DNA of 64,000 bases from Octopus vulgaris (GCA_951406725.2 OX597831.1:22568001-22632000), one strand, 5' to 3'. Positions 41,752 through 56,511 are shown, numbered from the stretch's first letter. The notes: generated by a model not told the origin, from the letters alone. Numbers and translations are program-made.

Positions 41752-41955
41752 ATGTTAAAGTTTGGTATTAAAAAAATAATAACAGATGGTACAAATGATT
41801 ATTATTATTATTTTTAATTGCTGTTGTTGTTGTTGTTGTTGTTCTTGTTGTTGCTGCTGTTGGTGTTATTGTTGTTATAATTGCTATTATTATTAACGAT
41901 AAAAATAATTTTAACAACAAGAAAAACAACAACAACAACAACAATAATAATAATA

Positions 41956-42381
<426 letters not shown>

Positions 42382-42382
<1 letters not shown>

Positions 42383-42909
42383 GCAGTACCAGGCAGTGGC
42401 TCTCATGGCTTCTGATCTTAACTGATTGGAAGTGTTATCATGTACATTGTTTTGTCTTGGTATAAAAGATGGGCTACAGCAAATATTCTGCTCAATACCA
42501 CAGATTTGCTTGTCAGTTGTTTGACCTTAACCAGTTGAGCATGTCCCTTAGTGGCTGACGATATGTGCATCTCTGATCACGAGCAGAAGTAGTGGGGGAG
42601 CATCATAGCCATGTGTTGAGAAGGATTCTTTGGGGTTTGAATAATTCACCTCTGGAAACATGGGTGGTTCTTTCAACGTCCTTAAACAACCCTTATTCAG
42701 GGACCTTTTGAGCGGGATGGGTTACTCGATCTGAAGAAAATTCTAACTGGGCTCCACCTGCAAGGTCATGTGCTGTTTATCTTGATATGAGATCACCATG
42801 TCGCATGTGCCTGGTGTACCCTTATCAGATGGGTAGTCATGATGGGTATATTGGGCTTCGTATATTTTACCCCAGTGTCACTTTGATGGCATGAACTGCT
42901 CTCTCACTC

Positions 42910-42910
<1 letters not shown>
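42382..42910 (+). mobile_element. About 550-bp (TAA)n-inserted non-coding element, copy 2
   Basis: GCAGTACCAGGCAGTGGCTCTC...CTGCTCTCTCACTC(AAT)n. Confidence 0.88.
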
Positions 42911-42989
<79 letters not shown>

Positions 42990-43053
42990 CAACATCATGA
43001 ACTTCCAAACCTAATAGACTTGGAAACTTGTACATATAAAGCAAAAGTCAAAC

Positions 43054-43141
<88 letters not shown>

Positions 43142-44029
43142 CATAATAATAATAATAAAAATAATAATAATAATAATGATAACAACAACATCAACAATAA
43201 TCCTTTAGGCACAAGGCCTGAAATTTTTTAGTGGGAGGTGACCAGTCGTTTATATCGCCCCAGTATTTCACTGGTGCTTCAATAATGATAATAGACAAAC
43301 TGTAAAGATTATGAGGATGATGTTATTTTGCAAAGGTTATGCAGTGTTCTAGAAAATTGTAAGAAACTATTGCGAGCTTTGCAGTAATAGTTGTAAAACT
43401 GAGGGTGGGGTAAGGCTAACGTAAAATCAATGTACCCGTATGTAATGGATTGATCATCATCATCATCATCATTATCATCATCATCATCATCATCATTATC
43501 ATTATCATCATCATCATAATATCGTCGTTTTCGCCACTATCATCAAATACAACATCACTCACAGATCAGTACTGCCACAGCTACCCACATCACCATTGGT
43601 ATGAGCCCCATCACCACCACTACTACCACCATCACCACAATCACCACCATCGCCATCATCACCATCACCATCACCACTATCACCACCATCACCATCATCA
43701 CCATCACCATCACCATCACCACCATCACCATCACCACCATCACTATGATCTTCAACACCGCCACTACCATCATGATTGTCATCATCATCATCATCACCAC
43801 GACCGCGACCACCACCTCCACCACCACCATCATCATCATCATCATTATCATCATCATCATCATCAACTATATAACCCACAACATTTCCATTACCAGAAAC
43901 GCATTAGCTGTTGTGCTCTTGCAACTGTGATTGTTGTTGTTGGTGTTGTTGTTGCTGCTGCTGCTGCTGCTGTTGCAACTGTCGTCGTCATTGTAGTAGT
44001 ATTAGTTGTAGTAGTAGTAGTATTAGTAG

Positions 44030-44061
<32 letters not shown>

Positions 44062-44244
44062 ACCCAGAATACCTCCAATACACGAAACGAATCTCTTGAT
44101 TGAAAAAAAAGGTGAAGTAGGTTTCTTTTTAGGTGGTTTATTGAAAAAATAAATTTAGCAGAAAATAACGGAAGAGGGTGGCGAGATGGGCGTGGGGTGG
44201 AGGGGGGCAACAAGATAAATAACAAAATGAAAATATTAAGGTAG

Positions 44245-44277
<33 letters not shown>

Positions 44278-44686
44278 GATATATGTATGTATGTATGTTT
44301 ATATGTATGTATGTATGTATGTATATAGATATGTATATATATATACATATATATATATGTATATGTATATATATATACATACACACACACATATATATGA
44401 GTATGTATTCATATATGTGTGTGTATCTATGTGTATATATGTGTGTATGAAGTATGTGTGCATGTATGTATAGATACATACATACATATATATATATATG
44501 TATATATATGTATGTATGTATCTATCTATATATATATATATAAACATGTGATAGAAATGTGTGTGCCTGTATAAACTCAAATATGCATATACATGCATGC
44601 ACACATACATATATACACACACATATATACACATGCATTTATATATACGAATACATACCTATATATGCATACATATAGATACATTC

Positions 44687-44717
<31 letters not shown>

Positions 44718-44910
44718 ATTGTACATATATATGTATGTATGCATATACACGCTAATGTGTATATATGTATGTGTGCGGGTGTATGTGTATGTGTGTGTAT
44801 TCTTATACATACACATATATGCATATACAAACACCGTTTTACGTAATGGAGTCAAGAATCAGCATTGAATTCAAAGCGAGCTCTTGCAGGGGAATGCCGG
44901 CAGCACTTAC

Positions 44911-45036
44911 TCGAAGTGGAGTGCCGTCAACGCATGGAATATTCCCTAAATATCTATTACCATTCCAGCTGAAAGAATTACCATATTTTAGGATGGCTTT
45001 ATAATGGCAACTTGACTCATTGATTTCTATTGCTTT
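44911..45036 (-). CDS. Candidate internal exon (126 nt, phase 0-0) KAIEINESSCHYKAILKYGNSFSWNGNRYLGNIPCVDGTPLR
   Basis: gattgctttttcag acceptor and consensus gtaagt donor. Open frame with length divisible by 3, forming a unique-sequence island among microsatellites. Confidence 0.6.
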
Positions 45037-45089
45037 CTGAAAAAGCAATCTCTGATTATTGGAATGTTACACACGCGCGCGCTCGCATG

Positions 45090-45148
<59 letters not shown>

Positions 45149-45410
45149 ACACACACACATCCATTTACATACGCGCGCGCAAACACACACACACACACCT
45201 GTGAGCCGTGTCTGTTTTACATACTATACACACGCATACACATGACATATAACTCCTCATACACGTATATATATATATATCTATAGCTTTATACATACAT
45301 ACATACATACATACATACATACATACATACATACATACATACATACATACATACATACATAAATATATATATACATATATATACATATATATATGTATAT
45401 ATATATGCAC

Positions 45411-45468
<58 letters not shown>

Positions 45469-45574
45469 TCATACATATATATATATATAGATATATATAT
45501 TCAGTTATATACAATCGATTACACATGTATTTGAGTGCTGAGTGCTGCTTTTGTTCGTTCGCTTGTTTGTATAT

Positions 45575-45620
<46 letters not shown>

Positions 45621-45947
45621 ATACATACATATGTATATACACACAAACACACACATACACATATATATAGTTATACATATACACATATATATATACATGT
45701 ATATGCATATATATGTGTAGATATACATGCATATTATATACATACATGTATATATATATATATGTATGTATATATACATATACACATATGTGTGTATATG
45801 ATTCTTATACACACGCCCATTGACACATAAATCTTAACTACGTACACACACACGCACACACAAACACACACAAACACACAAACACACACACACACGGCAC
45901 ATAGACACACACGTAATCTGAACATATTTTCCCATTTTTTTTCCTAA

Positions 45948-46333
45948 TCTCTCTATATATAAACGGCAGTTTGTCTGTGTGTGTTTCTGTGTGTCTGTTT
46001 TCTCGTACCCTCACCCTGACCACGGCTTTCAACCGATTCTGATGAAACTTGACACACACAATAGCCCAATGTCATAATTCAAAACTAACGCAGCGAAAAT
46101 TTTGAAAAGTTCCCCCAGTTCTGAAAAAAATCGATAAATTCGACATGGGGTCGAGAATCAGAAACACGAACCACAAACTGTCTAGGGGATGCAACTCCAC
46201 CTTTTTTAAATCTCAAAAAAAAATTTACCATCATTTTTTTCCATTTTTTTGCTATTTTTTGGCTATAACTCTCTAAAAATGCTTTATAGTTATTTCCCTT
46301 ACAAACCTGAGCAACGCCGGGCGATACTGCTAG
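45948..46333 (+). mobile_element. Non-autonomous Helitron
   Basis: A|TC 5' end (TCTCTCTATATATAAA), internal GTCT/GT repeats, subterminal hairpin CCTGAGCAACGCCGGG, and 3' CTAG|T. Confidence 0.85.
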
Positions 46334-46699
46334 TATATATATAAATTTTGTTGGTTTTCCCAATTTTCATTTTCCACTAAAAGATTTTTCCTGTCGTTAT
46401 TCAACATCCTCCGTTTCATGCATATACATATATATACAGAAGTGGGACTATGCGTGTGGTTGTCTGCGCGTTTTTGTATGAGTTTGTGTGCTTATTTATT
46501 TGTTCGTGAGTGTGTGCTTGTAATATTATTATTACTGTTATTATTATTATAATTAATATTATTATTATTATTGTTGTTTTGTTGTTGTTGTTGTTGTTGT
46601 TGTTCTTGTTCTTGTTCTTGTCATTAATAATAATAATGACAACAATAACAACAACAGCAACACCACCACAACCACCATCACCAACAACAACACCAACAT

Positions 46700-46730
<31 letters not shown>

Positions 46731-46785
46731 AATAATAATGATGATGATGATGATGATAATAATAATAATAATAATAATAATAGTA

Positions 46786-46999
<214 letters not shown>

Positions 47000-47726
47000 A
47001 ATAATAATAAACAGATAGAAGGAATATTTTAAGACTACAACTGTTTCATTAAGAGATTTTTTGGCGACGTAAATACCAAAGAAATAGCTATGTATAGACG
47101 TTTAATATAAAAAAAAAGTTAGGCAATTCGTCACTTATAAATCCTCAAATCCATACTCTATACCATAGATTTAACAAATGAAATGTATGTCATCATGTTG
47201 AGGCCAAAATAGCATATGAAATTAATTGAAGAAAACGATCCATCATTGGAATATTGAAGTAGACCGGTCTATGATGGACGAATCAAATACGAAGGCGCAG
47301 TAAGTGTAAATTTCGGAGAATTAATTGCGGAAAGAATCTGTGCCAAAAGTCAAGATAAATATAATCATATTTAGTAAGTGGAACTAGATAACAGATCAGA
47401 ACAAAGGGCGAAGCAAATGGATGGCACTATCGGACATACTTGTTTAATTTAAACTCTAACCTCGGCAATACATGCAAGTCGCACAATATACCACAATCAA
47501 CACACTTCACCATTGAATACAATGCCGCTATTATCACCTGACTGATTAGCAATTAAAACTTTTGACTCTGGAATGACTGACTGACGGAAATTTGGTGATA
47601 AAAACACGATGCTTACATCTCACTATAAGTTGGCAAAAGGATCTTTTGTAAAATCGAGTTGGATCCGTTATACCTACCAGTAATGGAATTGACCATGCTT
47701 TACGTATGTTCTGAAATAAATCACTG

Positions 47727-48038
47727 TATCCAGTCAATAAGCAATGCCCAAGGAAAAGCATAGTGTATAAATGCTCGATTATTTCTCTACGTTAAAGAAC
47801 ATGTTTATACCGGTGCGTCTACTTCCATATTCAAACTTCGCTGGTATAATCACAAATCTACTTTTAGATATATAAATAAGACTAGTACATCTTTAGCTAA
47901 ATAGAAAAAGGCGGAAGTGATTGGTATGGTTTGTTTGTATCTGAGGCATTCCACTTAAGTAAAATTGAATCAAATATTTCTAATCAACGCGACGAAGTGA
48001 TTGTAAGATGCCAGCATCTTAGAAAAAAATATTTCTAA
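47727..48038 (+). mobile_element. Decayed Penelope-like GIY-YIG endonuclease
   Basis: Across frameshifts: KQCPRKSIVYKCSII / KEHVYTGASTSIFKLRWYNHKSTFR / KTSTSLAK / VC..EAFHL..NISNQRDEVIVRCQHLRKK. Confidence 0.75.
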
Positions 48039-49245
48039 TATACTATGTATACCTGATCTTAATAAAACCATCAAGTCTATACCAATAAACTTCATGACAA
48101 TAACTCATTTCCGTCTGTATTATGTCCAGCGTATTTGATAATATTCTGTCTTTTATGTTAAACTACTAAATGACGTATAGCTATTTAATATGCTAGTTTC
48201 TCAAACCCATGCATTATTATACCCTGAAATATTCTATTTAAGACAGAAGTTCTTACTATTTGATAAACGACATGGCTCAGTCATTCTATATCTCCAAATT
48301 CTCTTACCTTCAATCCTGATTCTTTTAATCTTTGATACCATCAATCATATACATATATATGTATATGTGTATATAGCCATTCCCGGCTCTGTGTAACAGT
48401 GTTCAACTTCGTTTGTTGTAATTCTGTACCAGTCAAGTACTGGGGTCGATGTCCTCAACTGATTCATCTATCCACAAAACTTTTACCCTTGTGCTTATAT
48501 CAGTAAACATTATTATTGTTGTTAGCTGATGTTTGAATCAGTTAAATCAGTTTTAACGTCTTAGTGTGGAGGTACGTGCTGTGCCCGTGGCTTTCTGATG
48601 TCTTCGGTGAAAAATGATTTTTATTACAGCCACAAGGGCCTAACACAGAGAGGACAACACAAAGACAGATGGGACAGCACAGTGGGGACAAAAACATAAA
48701 ACGAATGAAAAATGGTAATACATACATGAAATTGATGGAGATGAAATGGCTGCATGCTCCCCACTCACATGCAGTATCATTTAAACGTTCTTACTGTCCG
48801 TTTGTCATCAGTGATGAGTTTATATCCTCTTTGCATCTTTTGGCTTTACTCTTTTTTAAAAAACACAAGTTACTATTATTTTTTTATAAATTATTGTTTT
48901 CCTCTTTACACTATGTATCAATTCGAGCAGAGGCGTCAACTTTAGATTGTGGCCTTCTTTTTCTAAAAGGTTGCAGCATTCGTTTAACATTTCCGGCTCG
49001 ATTTTTATTTCTCGCACTTCTAAATCTTGGACTCCGATACCTTTTCCAGTTGCAGCCGCATAACTGTGGATCTTGGCTGGCTCACTTTCCATCGTACTTC
49101 TTCTCGTTGGTTCTCCCATAAATGGGAAGAAAAAAGATAAAAACAATTCAACAAATACTCGTGAGAGCATACAGCAATTTTAAACAGGAAACAAACGTAG
49201 TACACCCACAAGGAGAGACCTCCAGCAACAAAATACCACACTTAC

Positions 49246-49284
49246 TTCAACAACAAAATATTTTCGGTGAATAATGACATCGAA
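49246..49284 (-). CDS. Candidate 39-nt exon (phase 0-0) FDVIIHRKYFVVE
   Basis: cacag acceptor and gtaagt donor. Phase-compatible with 44911-45036. Confidence 0.42.
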
Positions 49285-49649
49285 CTGTGTTTGTTTAACA
49301 TATGCTGGTTAACTTTTTAACGGCGAAAATAAATTTCAAAATAATTCAAGTAATCATGTTGGATATCTACCAAAGAATTAGGTTTGGCATTTTCTGCAAC
49401 TCACGCTGCCTCAATAAACTAGACATATCTCAAAAGAGAAAATAATCTTAAACATGACATATCACAACAAAAGATAAATTAGTATATAAAGCTGCTTTCC
49501 ACAGTTAAGACTAATGAAATTTTGAGTGGATATATCTGATTTCTGTTGTAAAAGTATAACCGTACATGCCAGAGCATAAGACACGCGTAAATTTATCAAA
49601 AAGTTGGCACGCGTCTAATGCAGTCGTGCCATGGATGGGATACAAGAAA

Positions 49650-49890
49650 ACGAGAGTAAGCTGAAAAGTTCATTGGTCGGCTATGGAGGAGTGGTGGCAG
49701 AGCTGCTGTGAAATCGTGCATGCTTTTATTTCACTTCTTATCAATAATTGCATTGCTTACTTTCCAGGTAAACTGACATCTGACTCTTCAAAGAATACTT
49801 AAAATTTAAATAATAGTGACTCCTCCTCAAAGTGAAGAAAATTTCGCATCGTGTGTGTTATCAAAGACCTGCTGAAGAACGGTTTAGACA
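49650..49890 (+). mobile_element. Mariner 5' remnant
   Basis: ACGAGAGTAAGCTGAAAAGTTC resembles the neighbouring mariner TIRs. Decayed KKISHR.VIK.LLKNGL N-terminus. Confidence 0.45.
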
Positions 49891-50149
49891 ACCAGCAAAT
49901 CCGAAGGTCACTAGTTTCGTGATTTTTGCTTTTATACGGAAACTACTGACGTACCACTTTTCGTTTGTGTTTCTTTATGGCCTCATACAAGACTTTGAAT
50001 AAGCAGTCATTACAACGTTGGACAGAATGCTTCACATTATTACCTTTGACGCTTTGCGCCTTAAGTTCAAAATTCCACCAAGTTCACCCGTGACATTTAT
50101 CGTTTTGAGATCGATAAAGCAGAATATAATGCAGGGAAGGGTGGATTGG

Positions 50150-50206
50150 CGAGGGTGTAGAGGCTCGAGGGTGTAGAGGCTCGAGGGTGTAGAGGCTCGA
50201 GGGTGT
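50150..50206. repeat. 16-bp tandem repeat CGAGGGTGTAGAGGCT, about 3.5 copies
   Basis: Directly visible. Confidence 0.9.
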
Positions 50207-50280
50207 TGCTTTGTGGTAGCTTTTTCGGTTGTTTGTGCTGCTACAAGACTTGTGACAAAATTGGAGTCAAACTGTGTCAC

Positions 50281-50678
50281 TTAGAATAGTTGATCTTTGT
50301 CTTGGATAAGCTTTGATAGCGTAGAGAGGAGAGGATTGCATATCAAAGAAGCTACAGGGCTTCTCCAAAAGTATCTACCCAGGCCTGCATGAGTAGATAT
50401 TGCCTTAATATTCGTTGCACTTTCCGTTGTGTTGTTGCTTTTATTGAACTCGTAAAATAAAATGTGACGAATATACTTCTTTGTCACTTGCATTATAGCT
50501 TTGAAAAAATAATTGTTAAAATCGAACAGCACTCTTCGAAACTTGCACTAAGAATAAGTACAAAGTAAAATTAGTACCTGCTTTTATAGCAAGCTGATGC
50601 AGGTAGATTATTCCGTCCTCTTCCGAATTTTAGTTCATGCAATTGAAAAAACAGTATTATTTATGGGATGACCCAATA
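50281..50678 (-). mobile_element. Mariner 5' fragment
   Basis: TIR-like TATTGGGTCATCCCATAAATAAT. MQVTKKYIRHILFYEFNKSNNTTESATNI is a mariner HTH N-terminus. Confidence 0.78.
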
Positions 50679-50891
50679 TGTGTTGAAAAGATCCTGGCTT
50701 TGGGTAAAAGAAAATACAAAAGGATCAGTTAATTACGATTTTATACAGCATATTCGCCTCTCAATTTCACACATTTAGTGCAGCAGTCCTTCAGTTTGTC
50801 TAAGCCCTTTAAAAGAACTCGGACGGTTGAGCTTCCAGCCAGGTCATTCGCGATACCCTTAAAGCCAGGAACTTTTTAGTACCCTTTTGTA
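50679..50891. mobile_element. Mariner-derived MITE
   Basis: Imperfect TIRs TGTTGAAAAGATCCTGGCTTT and AAAGCCAGGAACTTTTTAGTA. Confidence 0.6.
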
Positions 50892-50918
50892 CAATATAAA
50901 AGATTAAAGAAACATCCA

Positions 50919-51050
50919 TACGAGGGGCGGCTGTAAAGTTCCTTGGCTGACCAAGACACTCTCATAGAATGTGACCAAACGAGGTTTATTTTTCAACATA
51001 GACCCCTTTGCGGTCCATGCCCTTCTTCCATACATGCGGTGTAATATGGC
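50919..51050 (-). mobile_element. Mariner 3' end
   Basis: WKKGMDRKGVYVEK* (cf. W.KC....GDYVEK), followed by a TIR ending CCCCTCGTA. Confidence 0.75.
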
Positions 51051-51088
51051 TAGCCTTGGTCGATATTTTGGATCCCTACAGTATCTGC

Positions 51089-51400
51089 GTGAAGGCACAT
51101 GGCCTAGTGGTCAGAGCAGCGAACTCGCGGTCGAGGGATCGCGGGTTCGAATCTCAGACCGGGTGATGTGCGTGTTTATGAGCGAAACACCTAAGCTCCA
51201 CGCGGCTCCGGCAGAAGGTAATGGCGAACTTCTGCTGACTCTTTCGCTAAAACTTTCTCTCACTCTTTCCTCCTGCATCTTGCAGCTCACCTGCGACGGA
51301 CCGGCGTCCCGTCCCAGGTGGGGAACCTATACACCAAGGAAACCGAGAAACCGTGGCCCTATGAGCCAGGCATGGCTCGAGAAGGAACAAACAACAACAA
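51089..51400 (+). mobile_element. tRNA-Arg-like SINE (head B + tail Y); second copy at 54040-54348 on the minus strand
   Basis: TGGCCTAGTGG A box, GGTTCGAATCTC B box, (ACA)n tail, TSD TATCTGC. Confidence 0.85.
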
Positions 51401-51699
51401 TATCTGCACATCTTCCTCTGTAAATGATCCCCGACTGTCTCCAGAATAGGATTGTGGTCCCTTCTACTAAATTGCAATTAACAGAGTTATCTCTCCATTT
51501 CTTGTTTTCAGTAGAAAATAACTACGAAAAGGAAATCTATTAGTGGTTGCTACACTGGCTAGAGATAACAGTCAAATCTCCCTTGTATTTAGTATTTTCC
51601 TTGGTGCTTTATACAAAATGTTATGGTTTGTTCGTAGCTGAAACATTTTAGATTTATGGGTCTTGTTTGATCAGAGCAGTTCTGGGATTAAATATCGAG

Positions 51700-51943
51700 A
51701 ACAGCTGCTGCTGTTGCCGCTGTTGCTGCCGTTACTGCTGCTGCTGCTATTACTATAACCTCTGCCATTAACCCATCCACTGCAGCCTTCTTAACGACGA
51801 CGACGATGACCACCAGCACCAGCACCACCACCATCACCACCACCAGCATCACTACTACTACTACTACTACAACTACTACTACTACTGCCACCACTACCAC
51901 CACCTCTACCACTACCATTACTGTTACTACTACTACTACTACA

Positions 51944-51999
<56 letters not shown>

Positions 52000-52021
52000 C
52001 ACTACCACTACCACCACCACT

Positions 52022-52080
<59 letters not shown>

Positions 52081-52900
52081 CACTACCACTACTACTACTA
52101 CCAGCTTCTTCACAACGACCACTGCCATCACCACCACTTTACTACTGCTGCTGCTGCTACTATACCCATTTATGCTACCACTATTATCAGCGTATTCACC
52201 AGCATTACCGCAGCCACTACCACCGCCGCGTCAACCACTACCACCACCACAACCACCAACACCAGCATCATTGCTACGACAATGACTACCTCTACCACAA
52301 CCACCACCACCACCACCACTATCACCACTACGATCACTACCACTACCACTACCACTGCCGCCACCACTACAACCACCGCTATCACTGCCACCGCCGCCGC
52401 CATCCCCCACTATCACCACTACGATCGCTACTGCTATTACTGTCACTGCTACCACTATCACCACCACCACCACCACCACCACCACCACCACCACCACCAC
52501 TACCACCGCCGCCACCACCACAGCCACCGCTCTCACGACCACCATCACTACCACCACCGCAGCCGCCACCGCCACCCCCACTATCACCACTACGATCGCT
52601 ACCGCTATTATTGTCACCGCTACCACTATAACCACCACTTCCACCACACACCACCACCACCACCACCACCACCACCACCACCACCAATACCACCACTTCC
52701 ACCACCACCACCACCGCTGCAGCCACCGCCACTACTACTACTACTACTACTATTACTACTGCCGCCGCCACCACTACAACTACTCAAGAGACCCCCATTT
52801 GCACTTATTGAAAGGTGAGTGCTACTATTCTTAAACCGAACAATGTTCTTCTTCCACTTCCACCACCACCACCACCACCACCACCACCACCACCACCACC
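51700..52900. repeat. Low-complexity (ACT/ACC/GCC)n array
   Basis: Directly visible; includes an internal duplication (CCCCACTATCACCACTACGATCGCTAC twice). Confidence 0.95.
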
Positions 52901-53301
52901 TTAGCCCTCGCCGTTTCTACTTGAACTAAAGGAATTATAGAACTATTTGTAGAATCGTCTGAGGAATTGTTACCACGAAATCACTTCTTGATGTTGTTGT
53001 TGTTACATTTCTTACTGTTGCTTTTCTTCTTCTTGTCGATTATGATGATGATGATGATGATGATGATGACATCTTTTTTATCCATTTCTATTTATAAATC
53101 GAAGTATCGAAGATAAAGGAAGAAAAAGTCAAGTGATTATAAAATATATATCTATATATATACATATATAAAAGATATTTCGGAATAAAAAAGTAACAAA
53201 TATTTTCAATGTCTTTGTATAGTCATGTGTGAGGTTAAGGATTGTGGTTCGAAACCACGTGAGGCCACACTGGATCTCACACCACTGCAATCATGGCTCC
53301 A

Positions 53302-53515
53302 CAGTAATCCCTCGCCATATCGCGGTTCACCTATCGCGGTTCACCTATCGCGGTTTAATATTTAAGCTTACGTCGATTCCTCCGTGGTGTTGTTTTGCAA
53401 ATTATAAACATAATTTTAAAAATATATACTGTACACTACTGTTTCTACTTCGCGGATTTTCACCTATCGCGGGAGGTTTTGGAACGTAATACTTGTGATA
53501 GTCGAGGGATTATTG
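53302..53515. mobile_element. pogo/Tigger-like MITE
   Basis: TIRs CAGTAATCCCTCG and CGAGGGATTATTG followed by TA; internal repeats TTCACCTATCGCGG. Confidence 0.78.
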
Positions 53516-53611
53516 TATCTGTCTCCACATATAGTTACGAGCCTCAAAATATCTAATTTGTGGCGTAGGAGATCTCTTATTGGTTTGTGTAGTGACTACA
53601 TGAATCGATAA

Positions 53612-53940
53612 AAAGAGAAGACGCCGCCGGTTACGACGACGAGGGTCCCAGCTGATACGATCAACGGAACAGCTTGCTCGTGAAATTAACGTGCAAATGG
53701 CTGAGCATTCCACAGACACGTGTACCCTTAACGTAGTTCTCGGGGATAATCAGCGTGACACAGAGAGTGACAAGGCTGACCCTTTGAAATACAAGTACAA
53801 CTCATTTTTGCTAGCTGAGTGGACTGGAGCAACGTGAAATAAAGTGTCTTGCTCAAGGACACAATGCGTCGCCGGGAATCGAACTCACAACCTTACGATC
53901 ATGAGCCGAATGCCCTAACCACTAAGCCACGCGCCCTCAC
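53612..53940 (-). mobile_element. tRNA-derived SINE (head A + tail X)
   Basis: Reverse complement of 2803-3125; TSD ATGAATCGATAA on both sides. Confidence 0.9.
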
Positions 53941-54399
53941 ATGAATCGATAAGGGATCTTCTGTACCACAAATTGTGATTCTCAACCGAAGTCTATATGG
54001 ATTTTGGGTGTCCATATAAGATTTTGTTGGCGAAATTTGTTCTTGTTGTTGCTTGTTCATTCTCGAGCCACGCCTGGTTCATAAGGGCCGGTTCCCGGTT
54101 TCCTTGGTGTATAGGTCCCCCACCTGGACGAGACGCCGGTCCGTCGCAGGTGAGCTGCAAGATGCAGGAGGAAAGAGTGAGAGAAAGTTGTGGCGAAAAA
54201 GTCAGCAGAAGTTCGCCATTACCTTCTGCCGGAGCCTCGTGGAGCTTAGGTGGTCCGCTCATCAACACACACATCGCTCGGTCTGAGATTCGAACCCGCG
54301 ATCCCTCGATCGCGAGTCCACTGCTCTAACCACTAGGCCATGTGCTTCGACATTGTCAAAATTTATGTGTAGTAAATTTCATTTCAGCTTTTATCACAA

Positions 54400-54815
54400 A
54401 GCTAGCAGTTCCAAGGGAGAGGTTAAGTCGATTACATCGACGCCAGTACTAAAGTGGTACTTATTTTATCGAACGTGTAATGATAAAATGCAAAGTCGAT
54501 TCGCTGGAATTTGAACTCGGATGAAAACCCGCTAAGCATTTCGAGTGGCGTGCTAACGATTCTGCCAGCTCGCCGACTTCTTTTTTTTTTTTTGTATGCA
54601 ATAAATTTGATAACCTTTCAAAGTTTGGCACAAGACCAGCAAATTCTGGGAATAAGATAAGTTGATTAAATCAACCTCAGTGCTCAATTGGTACTTATTT
54701 TATTAATCTCGAAAGGATAAAAAACAAAGCCGACCTCGCCGGAATTCGAACTGGTATGAAATGCCGCTAAGCATTTCAAATGGCGTGCTAACGATCCTGC
54801 TAACACGCCGCCTTT
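54400..54815 (-). mobile_element. Two diverged MetaSINE-like copies
   Basis: GCGTGCTAACGAT..TGC head ends at about 54575 and 54812. Confidence 0.7.
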
Positions 54816-54878
54816 TTTGCTTGTAGGCAATAAATTGTATAAACTTTTAAATTACTCAAAGTATTAACATTTTTCATA

Positions 54879-55021
54879 TAGCTTGCTTACGAACCACATG
54901 GTTCTGGGTTCAGTCCTGCTGCGTGGCACCTTGGGACAAGTGTCTTCTACTATAGCCTGTGAGTGGATTTGGCAGACAGAAACTGAAAGAAACCCGTCGT
55001 ATATGTGTATATATATATGAA

Positions 55022-55072
<51 letters not shown>

Positions 55073-56043
55073 TTGTGTGTCTGTGTTTGTTTCCCCAACA
55101 TCGGTTGACAACCAATGTTGGTGTGTTTATGTCCCCGTAACTTGGCGGTTCGGCAGAATTCCTTGTAGCTTTTTTAATGCTTTTCTTTTCAAAACCAGAG
55201 ACTAGACCTGCGGTACTCAACCATTTTTTGCCTGTAGAGTCCTAAGATTGTTATTTTACTATGCTGAACCTCCATAACCATTGAATGCATATTTATTAAA
55301 ATCCTATTTTATTTTTATTATTGTAAATATTAAGAATTTCTCTCTCTTTTTACTCTTTTACTTTGTTTCAGTCATTTGAATGCGACCATGCTGGAGCACC
55401 GCCTTTAGTCGAACAAATCGAGATCAGGACCGGCATCTTTTGCCGAACCGCTAAATTACGGAACGTAAACCCACCAACATCGGTTATCAAGCGATGCCCT
55501 GATGCAGTACCAGACAGTGGCTCTCATGGCTTCTGATCTTAACTGATTGGAAGTGTTATCATGTACATTGTTTTGTCTTGGTATAAAAGATGGGCTACAG
55601 CAAATATTCTGCTTGATACCACAGATTTACTTGTCAGTTGTTTGACCTTCACCAGTTGAGCTTGTCCCTTAGTGGCTGACGATATGTGCCTCTCTAATCA
55701 CGAGCAGAAGTAGTGGGGGAGCATCATAGCCGTGTGTTGAAAGGAATACTTAGAGGTTTGGATCATTCACTTTTGGAAACATGGGTGGTTTGTTCAACAT
55801 CCTTAAACAATCCTATTTCAGGGACCTTTTGAGCGGTATGGGCTACTGAACCAGAAGAAAATTCTAACTGGGCCCCACCTGCATGCGCTGTTTATCTTGA
55901 TATGAGATCACCATGTCGCGCACATATGGTTGTGATGCATGTGCCTAGTGTACCCTTATCAGACGGGTAATCATGATGGGTATACTGGGCTTCGTATATT
56001 TTACCCCAGTGTCACTTTGATGACATGCACTGCTCTCTCACTC

Positions 56044-56099
<56 letters not shown>

Positions 56100-56339
56100 T
56101 AATATTCTTTACTCTTTTACTTGTTTCAGTCATTTGACTGTGGCCATGCTGGAGCACCGCCTTTAGTCGAGCAACTCAGCCCCAGGACTTATTCTTTGGA
56201 ACCCTAGTACTTATTCTATTGGTCTCTTATGCCGAACTGCTAAATTACGGGGACGTAAACACACCAGCATCGGTTAACAAGCGATGTTTGGGGGACAAAC
56301 ACAGACACACAAACACACACACACACAGACACACACAGA

Positions 56340-56431
<92 letters not shown>

Positions 56432-56511
56432 TACGACGTGCTTCTTTCAGTTTACATCTACTAAATCCACTCACAAGGCTTTGGTCAGCCCGAAACTATA
56501 GCAGAAGACAT
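54879..56511. mobile_element. Nested cluster of abundant SINE fragments (54879-55157 +, 55345-55495 -, 56107-56511 -) around copy 3 of the (TAA)n element (55496-56044 +)
   Basis: Similarity to other copies in the window. Confidence 0.82.

Noticed and set aside
46040-46060. CTGATGAAAC inside the Helitron as an HHR
   Set aside because: There is no stem II; it is part of a common Helitron-internal motif (CCGATT.TGATGAAACTT).
55496-55530. CCTGATGCAG at the 5' end of the (TAA)n element as an HHR core
   Set aside because: It reads CUGAUGC, not CUGANGA, and has no matching stem II-GAAA arrangement.
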